Shown: positions 13,660 to 27,093, counted from the whole stretch's first letter. The stretch: DNA of 62,306 nucleotides, filler included, from Sphacelaria rigidula (GCA_964200075.2; 3 parts of 3 records of this genome joined end to end with filler, not necessarily neighbours in it), one strand, 5' to 3'. Notes: generated by a model from the letters alone, not told the origin. Translations and numbers: made by a program.

Positions 13660-14101
13660 GTCAGTGTTGTTTTTTGCAAGGTCTAATGAGTCCTTAGAGC
13701 GGGGGGTTTAGATGGGGGGTGAAGGAAAGAACTCGCTAGCCTATTTATGCTTGGCATTCGTTGGTATAATTTCAATGTTGCAGCAATTGCTTCGAAGCCA
13801 TGTCCTCGTACGCAATATGGGCACTTCCAACTGGTACCATACACACTCGACCGTACGCAACCCACAATGTTTTCCTCGGTACCGACTTACGCTGCCAAAA
13901 CAACTGATTATTTACCCAAATAGGTTCACCGTACACGATGCTCTCGCAAAGCTGTTTGGAAGAAGGTCCATTTTTCTACCTGGATCCCGCCGAGCGTTTT
14001 TGTCTTGAACTTCGAGAGGGAAATATACTTATCAAGGAATGCCGTGTAATTTCGTGCCTGGGTATCCGGCGAACAGGATGAGTGCCTGCCAGGAGCATGT
14101 T

Positions 14102-14481
14102 TGCGAGATTAGGGACATATTTGTTTTCGAAACGGGAGGGTTTTCGTGATTTACATGGAGACGGTCGCATCGTCCGAAACGGCCGTCACACCCCTGAAAA
14201 CCAGTGATCTGACGGGAATCTTGGCACAATCAGATTTGATGTCGGTAATGCCTCCCATGAGATACGGCCGAAAATGTGTAACTCTATTTTCTAATTTTTG
14301 GACACATTTTCCCTCAAAACTCTGCGCTGACCAGGGTCGATTTCAATCGTTTTACACCAAAGTTCCCGTTAGATCACGGGCTTTCAGGGGGGTGACGACC
14401 GTTTCGGACGATTCGACCGTTTTGGTGTAAATCACGAAAAATCTCCCCTTCCGAGAAAAAAAATCCGTTCCTAGCCTCACG
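14102..14481. mobile_element. MITE with long (about 125 bp) imperfect TIRs
   Basis: 14102-14230 is the reverse complement of about 14350-14481; flanks AGCATGTT / GGCATGTT (8 bp, 1 mismatch). Confidence 0.75.
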
Positions 14482-14734
14482 GGCATGTTGTTCAATGTCT
14501 GTTTTGTGCATCCTTGGTAGCATTTCACCTCATTCTCCACTTCTACACTACGCATTACTCCTCAACTACCACCCGTTCTTTACTGAGGTCGGAGAGGGCT
14601 ACACCCCCTCCCACCTAGTCAACGTCAACATGTGTACAAATTTCGTTAGCTCGCCACAAAAAGAAATCGACAACTGCCGAGTAATGCCACCCCACTGTTG
14701 CGTTAAAAGCCTTGCATATCGTGCAAACTACGCT

Positions 14735-14900
14735 CGGGATATCATACCCATCTAGAATACCCATCTGGGATATGAATGCCCATCTGGGATTTCTATCTGG
14801 AATATCGGACTCATCTGGGATGTTTCATTGAGGACATGAAGATCCATCTAGGGTATGAATGCCCATCTGGGATGTCCGTCTGGGAAATACCCGATATAAA
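14735..14900. repeat. Tandem degenerate CCCATCTGGGAT repeats
   Basis: At least six copies of cccatctggga-like units. Confidence 0.7.
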
Positions 14901-15259
14901 GTCATGCTACGATAGGGGGGGTGTTCCATTTCATGAAAAAATGGACTCTTAGGTGCGTCAGACGACTCAACACAGTGGCGGTACGCTTGTATTTGGGTAG
15001 AAGATGTCAAACAGTTCGAATGAGCGTCACAAGTCGGAAGCAAGCGCGTTTGAGTTACGGTTGCTGGTATCAACGACGATTGCAAGTAGAATTTCGTGGA
15101 GGTGCGATTAAGGTTGGACTTGCGTTTGATTTTGGCCGGGAAGCTGCAGAATAGAGTTATTTCCGGGGCCAACCGATCTCGGCATGTACGTTGTACCGGG
15201 TAAACATCCACGTCCTACATGGGCGTCCCAGATGGAGGTCCTGGACGGATATCCACTCT

Positions 15260-18200
15260 CACGGTGACTCGTCTTCCCCCGGCCGTGGCCCTCGAGCTCC
15301 CAAGGCCGGGCCGGGCCGGCTGAAGGCCGCGACCCCTGGAAGGGTACAACACTCGTCAAATGGTACAGCACTCGTCTCGTGCAAAGAACACTCAGTGACT
15401 CCTACTGTCACACGTTCCGTGTCACCGTTGTACGGAGACTCAGCGACACCTACGGTCAAATCACTCCGCGCGCGCCATACGGTGGATACCACCCGTGACA
15501 CAGTCGATTTCCTCACCCCGCGGTGGGCTGGGAGCCACCAAGGCCGGAATGGGGCAGCTAAAGGCAGCGACCCCCGAAATGTACATCACTCGGTTCGTGC
15601 GGAGGCTGAGTTACTGCTACTGTTGAACTGCCCCGCGCCACAGTAGTGCGGGGACTGAATGACACCTGTTGTCGAACTGCCCCGCACCATTCACTGGATA
15701 ACGCCCGTAACATTGATGTCACACGGTGATGATATCGAAACACACCCTTCCCCTGCCGGCTGGGACCACGAATCCGAACCATCACTAACGCCGAAAGCGT
15801 GGTTACCGTACGTAGCTCTAGTAGCAGGCGGCAATGTGAGGGTAAGCATTATGGTCTACTTGGTAGAGATCGACTTGTGCGGGGTCCGCTGGCCCCCGTG
15901 CACGAGAAACAAGGCAGGAGTCAGGATACACTTGGGAGAGCGTGGAGACAGAGAGTGAATCACAAGTGGTGGGTCAGGGACCAATAGAGAAGAGCTGCAG
16001 GGATAAAGAAAAGAGGAGAGGAAGGCCAGTTTGGTGAGGAGCGAAGCATGTACCCGAATTGATCGCTCTGCTGCAAGGCGGTGTCACGTTCCAAAAAGCG
16101 GGTGGTTGCCACATGGAACGCACGCACTTTGGCTGAGAGAGGAACCAACGGTGCAGCCCATGTGGAGGATCTTTTGACCTTCGCCTTTAAGTATGGCTGT
16201 GATTTCATCGCAAACCTCCGAAGTGCAGACCGCTTGATATGTCATTCACTGCTTCAGCCACAACAATGGAGAGGGGGGTAAACCGGGAATGCTCGAAGCC
16301 GGCCTTGCCATTAAGGAGTCTATCACCAGCGAGCTAAGGCCTTAAGACATCATACCCGAGCACATCAGTGGAGAGTGCCGATGGTGCAAATACTACTTAG
16401 ACAGGCTGGCATGATCTTCAAGGTGTGGTGCGCCTCCATTGAAACAGTATTTATCTCTGACTAGACCGGGCTCTGGACAACACATAGTAGTTCAATCACT
16501 GACGTGCCTACCACCGAGTACTTGATACTCGTGATGGATGCCAACGCTCGCTCTAGAGAGAGAGAACGAGGAAGCCCCATAAACAATTGCGCTTGGGGGA
16601 ACATAGCAGACGCCCTCAATGACAAAGCCATGCGACTGCTGACATGCGCTGCAGAACATTCAAAGAGGATTATCAACACACATCTTGCACACTAAGCAGC
16701 GGGTAAAGCTCAGCCGCGTAAACATATGGCGGGCCGCAGCGCAGACACCGCTGGCGCCTGAACTACATCCTGGTACGTAAGCCCGACCGAAGACTCGTTT
16801 GAAACGTCACTGTGCACCCCGAGATGAAATCGGACCACCGACTGGTTTCAGCCTCCATCCGTCTCCTTGGACGGAGTGCACCCAACCGCCGACCAAAAGC
16901 GGGAGGTGGGGGCAGTGGAGTGCGTGTCGACCAAAGCCTCATCTCATCCGACCGGCGTTGGAGAACGATCGTATCGTGGGCCATTGTCGCCAAGCTTCCG
17001 ATGCCGCCAACTTTACCGCTGTCGTGAACGTCAACAACATGGCCTCTGCTTTCGCCAATGCCCTGCTACAGATGGCTGCGGATACACTTCTCACTGTCCG
17101 AACAATCCCCTCTGGAGGTTTCAATGAGTCGCCACAGGTTCCAGCATGCCTCCAAAAGGCATGGGACGTCAGGGAGAGCGTATGGGAGGTACTGGGCGCC
17201 AGCTTCCACTGTCCTGGCCTGAGAGAGGCATTGGAGGTGGCAGAGAAGACGCGGGTGAAGAACTCTGAACTTCACACTACCTGCACGGAATGACGGCCAG
17301 GATAATGCAGTTGAACCGCAAGGAGGACCAGGCATGGCTTTACCAACACATCAAGTCCTTTGAAATGAAAGGAAAGGTGGATGTGACTCAACTTACACCA
17401 CGGGCGCGTCTGGTGAGCTGCTGCGAGATAAGCTAGGTATCCTACAGCGGTGGGAAGAGCGGTTTGAGACGCTTTTTGAACGCAATATTGCCTTCGCTCG
17501 ACCCTTCTGTGATAGATTGCATCGAATAGATGCGGGAGCATGCACAGCTCGCCGCCGAGCCGTCGATGGCAGAGGTGAAGGATGCAGTGGGCCACAGGTA
17601 GACATTTTACTCTTACCACAGGGCGCATGAAAACGCCACATTGCAGAGGGTGTAGCAAGGTCGCCACAGGGGGTGTTGGACCTTTCGAGGGTCGCCAGAG
17701 CGTCTCACTTTCGGAATATGGTCCGGGGGTGCATAAAACTGTCCACCTCTGTTGAATCGGCATCAATTTCACTTGACAAATATGCGTGATCCACATGGAC
17801 TATCCTCACGGTCCATGGGTTATCCGTCTCAGGACAAAGTGGAGGCGGCACTCTGTAGAGGGTGTGTGGAGGGAGGTTTGAAACTTTTAAAGGGTCGCGA
17901 ATGGGTCTCACCTTCGCAAGGTGTGCCGAGGGTATAGCAAAGTGTCCACCTGTGGCAAGCTGGCAAACGGCGAGACCGTTGAGACTGACAACCTATGTGG
18001 GAAGCTAGTGACTCTCGGCCTCATGGAGGCCTCTGCCAAACTGGAGTGCTTCCAACATCGTGCTCAAAGTGTGGCGTCAGAAAGTAGCGCATTAGGAATG
18101 GAAAGACGCTGTCATCGAGGTACTGTTCACGATTGAGGACCTACACGAATACGGCAACTACGGCGGCACCTCGCTCGAGGCCCACGCTGGCAGGATGTTT

Positions 18201-19810
18201 ATCAAGACAGCTGCGACCCGCCTTGGCGCCTACTGTGGGGGGAAGGGTGTGTAACTAGTGCGGTTTCCGACCCGGCCAGTCGATAGTCGACGTGATGCAC
18301 GTTGGGCTCACATTCCAGGAACTGACCAAGAGAGAAGAATCTCTCGTTGTACATACGCTTCATTGACCCCCAGAAGGCGTACAGCTCAGTCAACCGCTCT
18401 CTTTTCTAGAGAAGGTGCTAGAACGATACGACGTCCCCGCCAAGATGATACCCCCCGTCCGCAAAATCCATGACGGCACGCGGGTGTGGGTGCGCCTCGG
18501 AAGCAGCGAGAAATCTGAGTGGTTTTGCGTCACAAGGTCCTTCGCCAAGACTATGTGATTGCTCCTGATTCGTTCGACATCTTCTTGGCGGTGAAGACGG
18601 TGACGTGCGACGGGTTCTCGATCGATAAAGGCGTGGTGGATGACTTCATCCGCATTGCTACCACGGGCGGGAGGACCAAGGACGAGCTTGTCAAGGTGCT
18701 GCGGGCCGTGCTGAACGCCGACGACGCTAGCATCGCTCCGCGATCTCATCTAAGCTTGGTGAAGGCGACGATTGCCACAATCGAAGTCTGTTCAGCGTTC
18801 GGTCTCGACGTAGCTGAAAAAAAGGCAGTAACCATATACACATAAAGGCGGATGTGATCGAGGCGGAGGCGGCAGGCCGAAGGTAGGAGCAGGTCGAAGC
18901 TTTGGTCTGTCTCGGAGGCACCATCAACAGCATCGGCGGTGTCAATCCTGAGTTCAACCGCCACACTGGCCAGGCCTGCGAGTGCCTCGTGAAGCACAAC
19001 AGAGTAGTATACGACAACCCGTGTATTGCCCTGGCCACCGAGGTTCGTCTCCTGAAGGTACAATCAATCGAGACCACTCTATACGGCTGCGTGAAGTGGA
19101 TGCTCTCTCCGAATAATGTCGGCACGTTGTGGCAAGCCCACCGCGGTTTCCTGCTGAGGTGTTTCCACGAGCACAGTTTCACTCGCAGCGCTCCCAACTG
19201 CCACATACTATCATACCGCGCCTCCAAGCAAATGGCTTCGAGTGCTTCGAGGCTATCGTGATGAGGTTAATCTTTCTCTACGCCTGTCACGTAGCGCGCA
19301 TGCACGGCTAACGCCTTCCCGACACCATCACGCGTGCAGTAATGGCCGAAGGGGGGAGGAAGGTAGGTCAGTCCGCGAAACGCCTTCAAAATCGTGTCAC
19401 TGAGGACTACTCCGCCTTCGGAGTAGACGCGACATCATGGACACAGATCGCCCGAGATTCCCAAGTGGTACCAGATCGTAGAGGAAAGGGCTGATATAGA
19501 CATCGCATCAACTTGGGCCATCACGCAAGGGAAAGTGACCAATACGCACATCACGAAGGGACTCTCTGCCGTGTTATTCCTGTGGAGCCCTTTGTGTCGC
19601 TTGAAGGTCACCGACACGTAACGAATAGTCCCGTCACGTAGTGTGCTTACTGGTACATTTCCGTCTTCCTAAAAACGTTGCTGTTCCTTTCTGTGTGTAC
19701 CAGGGGAAGGTTGTTTGCCTCTTGCTTGGTATCCACATGTTCGCCTGGGGTGTTCTTCTTGTTGTCCTACTTAACGCTACGTCTCTCGATTTATTTCCTC
19801 TGCAGGCAAA
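15260..19810 (+). mobile_element. Near full-length, heavily decayed RTE-like LINE (APE endonuclease plus RT)
   Basis: VATWNARTL (16105), MDANAR, SDHRLV, QDYVIAPDSFDIF (QG..AP.LFN), LNADDA (LYADD), FVCLGG, TLYGCVKW; many stops and frameshifts; ends approximate. Confidence 0.85.
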
Positions 19811-19823
19811 TCTGACTTTCTTG

Positions 19824-20030
19824 TGTCCCGCTCCCGGTACTTCCGGTAGTTGAAGCTTGTAACAACCTCGAAGCCTTTTGAAGGGAGGGGTGTGGGTTCG
19901 AATCTCGGTGAGGTCACACGATCTGGGGTGTTTCCTTACACCCCTCCCAACGGTGGAGAGTGATGATTCCTTGCAGACGCCGACTTCGTGCAATTTTCTC
20001 AGCTTTTCCCCATAATCTGCAAACGTTGTG
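19824..20030 (+). mobile_element. tRNA-derived SINE-like element
   Basis: A-box-like GGTAGTTGAAGCTTG and B-box GGTTCGAATCTC; no full cloverleaf. Confidence 0.5.
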
Positions 20031-20720
20031 TGGTGTGATCTTTATACGTCCCGGCATTGCAAGATTCGTACATACACTGTCGTCACCGCAAGAGTAAGTT
20101 TCGTCCCCACTCGCGCGTCTGTCAGTGGTACTCTATGCGGAAGAGAGAGCTATCGAGCCTCTCTTCAGAATGAAACTCGGATCCCCTCGCACGCACTCCA
20201 TTCCATCCCCGTCCTGTCCCAACTTCTCAGCGCACGAGAATTCAAACACCGTCAAGTTAATAAAGTATTCGTCGATTCGACACCGAAACCAAGTGGTTTT
20301 TGAGACCGCGCTTAACTGGAGCAAGTTCCAACATCAAAGACTCGCAATAAACAATACAATATCGGTAGTGTAAAAGAGAAACCGAGTGGATCTGAACACA
20401 CCGCTTGAAATCTCAGCTGTCGATGCTACACTAACACCAACTGTGGCGAATCCAAGTAGGGTGGGTACCGTGCTTGAGGTCATCTCTCTGCAAAACCGTG
20501 TTAACGCCTGTATCGTCTCGTCGCTTGAGCGAGGAAACAAAGACCCATCTACGAGATCCAGTTCCCTATTACTTGGCACGGAAAGCTGCATCCGCACATG
20601 AGTACTGAGGCGGTTCCCCACTTTTCTTTGTCTTACAGCGAGGTGTCGCTTATAGGGTCTCTCGCGTTTTTTTTTGTCACACAAGAGGTGTGTGCTTATC
20701 ACACGTAACTTAAGCTACCA

Positions 20721-20820
20721 NNNNNNNNNNNNNNNNNNNNNNNNNNNNNNNNNNNNNNNNNNNNTTAATTAATTAANNNNNNNNNNNNNNNNNNNNNNNN
20801 NNNNNNNNNNNNNNNNNNNN
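20721..20820. other. Scaffolding linker N44-TTAATTAATTAA-N44
   Basis: Six-frame stop spacer inside an N-run; assembly artefact. Confidence 0.97.
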
Positions 20821-21023
20821 ATAATCTAACTTAGTGTGTACACATGGTATACGCAACTACGGTTTGGTCTGAATCCTGCTTGTGCCTCGTTGATTTTGTC
20901 TTCCTTTTATTGCGGAGTCAGGGGGCAACGACAAGAAGAGAAATTCAGGACACGTAGGCCCCAATATCGAAAATTCGAGTTTTTGACGGGGGTGAGGGAG
21001 GCAATAATATATTATGCATGATT

Positions 21024-21200
21024 CAAGGTTCCCCTCCGGGAGTTTGGTACGGGCCTCCCGGGGGTGACGCAAGTCGATAATATATAATATACTTCGTATG
21101 CCTTCTCAGTGCGCTGCAAAAGAAGGCGTGGGAAAAAATGCCTTGCTGGCAGAGAAAATTCGGCAAAAGTGGTGAAAATGTGAAATGATACATGTACATA
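21024..21200 (-). mobile_element. Internally deleted copy of the 8390-9298 element
   Basis: CAAGGTTCCC...GGTACGGGCCTCCCGGGG(G)TGACGCAAGTCGA is joined to the CAGTG.GCT.CAAAAGAA...GATACATGTACATA end. Confidence 0.65.
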
Positions 21201-21347
21201 GTATACATGGGTTGAATGAAGGGAGAAAAAGCGCGCGAGTCATAGCTTTGTCCGCTTCGATCGAGGAGGTATATTTTGCCCTACGCAAAACATAAGCAGA
21301 CGTGGACGAACAAACACAACTGATGAGGGAGCCTCCAATCACATAGA

Positions 21348-21648
21348 ACGATGTTTTCGTGAGATTGAGAGCAGAGGATACGATTGAGACGGAAAAGCGT
21401 CAAGTAGGTCAATTGGTGAATTATTCGTTTCAGTTCCGAAATACCCCTCTGCGAGGCCCGATATGCTTCATGTAGTGGCATGCCACCGAGGCCCTTGATA
21501 TCCCTGAGTGGGATATCGACGTGTAACTGTAAGCACACGCCAGTGATGGAGGCAAAGAAAAGCACACGCGGAATAAAAAAATGGGCAAGTTAGATCGAAT
21601 GACCAAAGCCATTGTCAATCAGTGCTCTACTATCAATTTCACGTTGTT
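21348..21648. mobile_element. About 300-bp MITE, AACAACG-TIR family (inverted copy)
   Basis: Reverse complement matches 31950-32248 and 55428-55693; flanks ATAG/ACAG. Confidence 0.75.
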
Positions 21649-23215
21649 ACAGATCACGACTCCGAATGCACACCGTTGGCCGCATTTCACTTATTTACTC
21701 ACATATCTGCATTTTCAATTGTAATAAACTAATGAAATAAGTAATTCAGTGAATAGTTCAATGAATAGTTCAATGAATAGTACAATAAAAAATGATGAAA
21801 TGAATATGTGGGTCACAGCTATGCGAACCCAACATGACTCACGCTTCTATGTAGAACCAGACCATAGGAAACTTCTAGCCACGAGGAAGGTTCCTCGGGT
21901 GTCGGCTACATCGCCTTAGAAGACTTGTCCAATTGTCCATGTGTACCTTGGGAGCCACGGAGCAATGTGTACGCTCCAAGCTCTAAGCCAACGCACACGA
22001 TGTCATCAAGCTCACATTCTGTGAGCTTGACTATACACCACACGACAAGCATGTTCTGTGAACGCGACTAGCTTGTGGCTTGTCCTTTGTCCGAGACACG
22101 GTGCGAGCCTGCACAGCTCGCCCCCTGTCTCTCACTTCACTTCACATCCCAGTCTAAATCTGGGATCTCCACTGTCAGCTCTCCTGAGCATTGTCCTGTC
22201 CTCAACGCACCGTCATAGCTTAATCGACAGAGCGCTCTGCTGTCTCAGAGAGGCGAGGGCTGATAACCCTCTGGCGGCATTCTACTGTTGTGTACTAGAC
22301 CATAAATAATTCAAGAAATATTTCAAGAATGTTTTGAATAAATAAACGTGAAATAATAGTTCAATAAATAACGCAATTAATCGGTTAATCGGTTGGATGG
22401 TTAGTATGATGGTGGGGGTGGATTTTTCTTTTGGGGGGAATGGGAACACGATATATAGACTGCTGCAATATAAACCCGCTGCATGGGAACGCAATCTAGT
22501 GTCTGTAGCATGATGTATACATATAGGACCACACCCTATATTGTGTACAAATTAGACTCCACAGATGTATTGATCCCAGCTCCTGTATTGTTAATGTGTA
22601 CGACTATGCTTGTTGAAAGCCCCCAGAAACATCCCTGCACAGTAACTTCATAGTTGCACTGCTGTGAATATGCTTACCGAAGCAGCGGGCTAACTCACAG
22701 GTATTAACCTGCGAAGTACTGGCGTAGAGATGTTTCTGTGAAGTCAGTGTTGCGCCACAAAGAACAAAACAAATCGGACGAAAAGCTGACCGTTTCGCCC
22801 TCCGGTGCGCACTGCTGCAGCGCACAGCACCAGATAAAGCGACTTGGAACTGTTGACTGTGGTTTGCACAGCCTATGACCGATGTTTCAGCGCCTCGCAG
22901 CGGCTACAGCGCGCTTAGGGCCGTGCGCCATGAACTGCGCAGCTCTACAGACTGAAATCGGTACACTACAGATGGTCATGATCCAGAAAGGGCCGCAGTA
23001 CAGGCCGTTGCCAATTTCCGACCGCATCGGCCGTCCAGCCGCTCAACATGTCCAAGTTTATGCATCTGCGCGTGCATATATGCATTCGCCTGTAGTGCGC
23101 AAAGTCTGGGCTGCTGTATAGCCGATTTGAGGGCGCCTGGACGGCATTCCCTGAAATCGCTTGTGGCCATGTTGTAGGGAAGTCGTGGGCCCGATTGCGC
23201 GACGATATGCTGTCT

Positions 23216-23802
23216 CACACGTGCACAAATAGCACCCAGTAGGACGCGCTGCACAGGGTTCTCCACAGTCTTTGTGGCAACTCCTGTGTAGCATTTGCAA
23301 ACCCTAATACCTGTAATAGCATTTTGCATGGTATTTTGGTCGAAACCCTGCAAGCAACCCTGTGGAGAGGCCTTCCCAATTTGGGAAATTCCAAATTATT
23401 TTGCTACAAAATCTGTAAATTTATTTTTTTGGAATAGCTTCTCCTGCTGTCCGAGATAAGTTCCTTTTTGCCCGATTTGAATTGGATATGCCCGTTTTTT
23501 TCTGCCAGCACCATGCCCATCCTGTATCGAGAATATTGTATGCGTGCTATAAAGGCTGCATAGCATATTAACAGCGATGAATTCTACATGGAGTGACGAA
23601 ACCCTGTGAAGCGCCCTGTGTGGCACAAAATAATACCCTACAGTCAAGTCCCCGCGAGAAACCCTGCACAGTTTCCCTGAACCCTGTGAAGCGTCCTGTG
23701 GGGCGCAAAAAGAAAACTACAGCCAGATCCCCGCGAGAAACACTGCACAGTTTCCCTGAACCCTGTAGACGTGCCCCACAGGGTGCTATTTGTCCACGTG
23801 TG
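23216..23802. mobile_element. CACTA/EnSpm-like non-autonomous element
   Basis: TIR CACACGTG(C/G)ACAAATAGCACCC, about 45 bp; 2-bp TSD CT; subterminal ACCCTG repeats. Confidence 0.75.
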
Positions 23803-24388
23803 CTGTGTTGTGTCCGACGAGTGTGCAAAGCTTCATGATGGAACGAGTAGTTGCAGGCGAGAAATCCACGAGCAAAGTTACACTGGAAAGTGGGAGTTTA
23901 TCGTTGGAGAGCATCCAAATAAACATGAGATGCGGTGACGTACGCCCTGGTTACGCCGCAGATGCGGCCACGCAGTATCACGGTACGGGTACTGTCTGTT
24001 GTAGACCTTACATTGCATCAGTATTACAGCTTATATGCACTTTATATATTATTGGTAATAATGATGGAGTTTTCACATTTCAAATCCATCACCTGCTCCG
24101 CCAGACATAGATGCAAGCGATCGTGCAATTCTCGGTTTCTTCGAAAGCACATGAGATGCTTACTTTTCAGGCGGGTTGCACACTCCATATACAACACCCT
24201 AGGCGTGGTGATGCGCTGAAACGGGAAGCGTGGTCGCCGCCTATCGTCGGACCACGAGGCCCGCGAGGAACTCCTACCGAGCAACACCATACACACCACC
24301 GACCGCGCGACACAATAACGTTCTCCATCTGCAACGCGTGCCGACAATCCAGCCTTGAACATAGCTTTTCAGATATGCTGCATGTTGG

Positions 24389-24465
24389 GCCGTAGGTCCT
24401 TCCTCTGGGGCACCTCGCTCGTGTGCCGTGAGCCGTAGGTCCTTCCCCTGGGGCACCTCGCTCGT
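24389..24465. repeat. Tandem duplication, 43-bp period
   Basis: GCCGTAGGTCCTTCC(T/C)CTGGGGCACCTCGCTCGT occurs twice. Confidence 0.85.
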
Positions 24466-24789
24466 ATGGACTATACCTACTCTGCGGATGATTCCAGCTG
24501 ATGATTCATGCGATCAATCTTGTATGCGAAAATCCGCGCACCCTATTTGACTTTTTTTCTTTTGGCGCAACACTAGTAGATCTAAAGAAATGTACATGAA
24601 CAACGTTTGGTACTCGATTTTACTTCGTTTCAGACTGAAGAAAATTATGAGAAGCTTCATGATTTGGGGCAGGTGAGCAGTGGTGAGCAGTAGAACCAGG
24701 TCGTCCAGAACGTGTTTTTGGTCCAAAATCGTCTCGAAAGCGTCGATTTGAGCTCTCGAAAGGCGTCGATTTGAGTTCTCGCAACGCAC

Positions 24790-24876
24790 GGTTTACGTGA
24801 AAATCTGCACACCCCTTGCCCGGGAGTTCTTAGTATGCCTTGGTCGATGTTAGGGTTAGGGTTAGGGTTAGCCTTA
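24790..24876 (-). repeat. Dispersed element with interstitial (TTAGGG)n, family 1
   Basis: TTAGGG x3+; the adjacent flank matches 51070-51105. Confidence 0.7.
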
Positions 24877-24978
24877 CCGTTGTTATTAGCATCTCCATCG
24901 TACCAACCATTGTTTACGTACAGCATTTCTTCAGGTCCCCTCTGTGGAGTACTTATGCAGGGATGTATCCTTGTCACA

Positions 24979-26240
24979 TAGGCTTTAGTTCCGTATGCGC
25001 GCATAAAGTTTAGCTTATTGTCGGGTTTTTGAGCTTAAATAGGCCTGTTTAGCGCAAAGATTATAATCGGCTTAATACGCTTAAAACGAGCTTAACTTGC
25101 TTAGAACGCGCATAAACGCGCATAAAACGCGCATAATGTTGCGATATTTTGTGCTCGCAAGTGCTCCATGTGGCGTAACTCGTCACCAGACATGCCGACA
25201 GGCGTCAGGCTTCGGACTCAAGCACTCAATACTTCAAATTTGTATGATCATGTTTTATGTTCCTATTTTGTTGCGGGTCTGATGAGCAGACTGCTCCAGT
25301 TTATATTCAATACACACGGTACTATGTTGCTTTCGAAAATATGACTAGATACTAAATAAATAATACACGTGTACTTTGTACAGCAGGCAGCAGACAGGAG
25401 TAGTAACGGCAGCACCAGCAGAGAGTAGTGATATCGAGTGAAGGGAGCGTTTGTAACTCACGAGGTCATGGCGGGCCTACTGTCCGAAAAGAACGACGTT
25501 TTGGTCGCGGCCTCAGGAGCTCACTCAGAGTACGGTTTGCTGTCGTTTTGAGCTAACAAGAACAGGTTCCCAGTTGGTATCTCGTGGCGATGGATATTGT
25601 ACTTATCTAGCCATCGTCCGCGTCTATGGAGCCAGTATTTTCGATTATGAGGGGATGTTTGAAATCCGGGCAGGAGAAGGCGTTAGGTGACCGGATCGTA
25701 TCCGCAGTTTTGATGAAGTACAATCGATACCGGTAGTTCGACAAGATTTTCAACTTCGACTGACGGCAGATGATGCGGGGGGGGGGGGGGGGGGGGGTGG
25801 TAGCTTGAAGCTTGTAGCTTGCCGGGCGAGAGGCCAAAGGCTGCAATGCCCTGTGTCAAGAGGCTACAATGTCGTACTGCTGTATCAAGTATCGTAAGTG
25901 CAGTGGCGTTTGTTGTTTTCCCACGTGGGTTAGGGTGTAGGTGTGCAGGTTGTGGTCTCCAAACTCCATACCTGAAGAAGAGCTTCATTTTTAATTATAC
26001 ATCATCAACAAAACCTCTCAATGCCAAACTTGTGGTCTTGTCCTCATGCTGGGAGGCAAGCCTCGTGAGGGGATACTGCCACAACGCCACAACAACGACG
26101 GGAATAAGGCGCACAAAGCGCGCCTAATTTGCGCTGAAAAGGCTTAAAACGGTGCTTAAAAACAAAAACAAATGTTATCATATAAAAAAAAGAACGGAGC
26201 TTGATTTCAAGCAAAAACGAGCATACAGAACTAAAGCCTA
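24979..26240. mobile_element. Non-autonomous hAT-type DNA transposon
   Basis: TIR TAGGCTTTAGTTC(C/T)GTATGC(G/T)CG; perfect 8-bp TSD TTGTCACA at 24971-24978 and 26241-26248. Confidence 0.9.
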
Positions 26241-26618
26241 TTGTCACAGGGACATCTCTGTCATTCCTGTCACGAGGACATTCCTGCGCCAGTACTTCAC
26301 AGGTGCATCCTTTGAAGGAACTCTCTGTTACGGGTTGCATGATCACAGGGATTTCGTCACCCCCCTGTGCTTGTCCAGCAGAGCTGACCCACAGTGAGGA
26401 CATTTGCCCACGTGTGTGCCTTGTTCAACTCGCCAACGGCTTTCACGGTCTTGTTTTGCTGCTGACTAAGGCGAAGGCAATGTTCAATTGCTTTCCACTG
26501 CTTTGCTTTCATATTCTCGTGATATTCGCTGCATAAGCGCTGTCTTCGTGCTCCCGAATCAACGAGAACGCAAAGAAATACCCCGCCATGGACGCAGCCG
26601 CAACTTGGGGGATATTAT

Positions 26619-26950
26619 TGTTGGAGGATTCACTCGGAACCCCTTTGTCGTGGTCGCTAGAGTTAGTGCAATGGAGGTTAAGCCAAGCAAGCACACAGGC
26701 TGCTTCGGAGTGTAGACAGAAGATAGTGTTCAAGGTGCCGCTTGAGGGCAGGACAATACAAACAACCCACCGGGGTACACGGTCAAAGAGAAGGGTACTT
26801 CATGTATAACAGCTGTTATCCCACATTATACGCCCCCACATCAGACCAAACCTTCGTAACCGGTACCTGCGATCCCAACACTGCATATACATAAAGTCAA
26901 TACCATACGAAGCGTTGAAGAGCATGGCTCCGCAGCCTCATTTTCTAACA
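26619..26950 (-). repeat. Copia 3' LTR
   Basis: TG...CA termini; about 22 mismatches to the 5' LTR by eye. Confidence 0.93.
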
Positions 26951-27093
26951 CCCCCCCTCAACGCCAGTATAGCTTTTAACCCTTCACACTCCCCCTGAAC
27001 GCAAATACGTACTAGTTTCAAACACCCGCATCAGTACAACCGTCCCGGCACTCAAGGACGAAATAAGAACTCAACGCTACAACCAGGCTGTAG

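Noticed and set aside
14735-14900. CRISPR-like repeat array
   Set aside because: Short degenerate units with irregular spacing, no unique spacers or cas genes, and a eukaryotic context.
19860-19920. tRNA gene
   Set aside because: Only the box motifs are present; no acceptor stem or cloverleaf, so treated as a SINE.
20040-20700. Possible hAT transposase remnant on the minus strand
   Set aside because: Similarity too vague to support without a search.
24850-24872. True telomere or chromosome fusion site
   Set aside because: The tracts are short, internal and have element-specific flanks.
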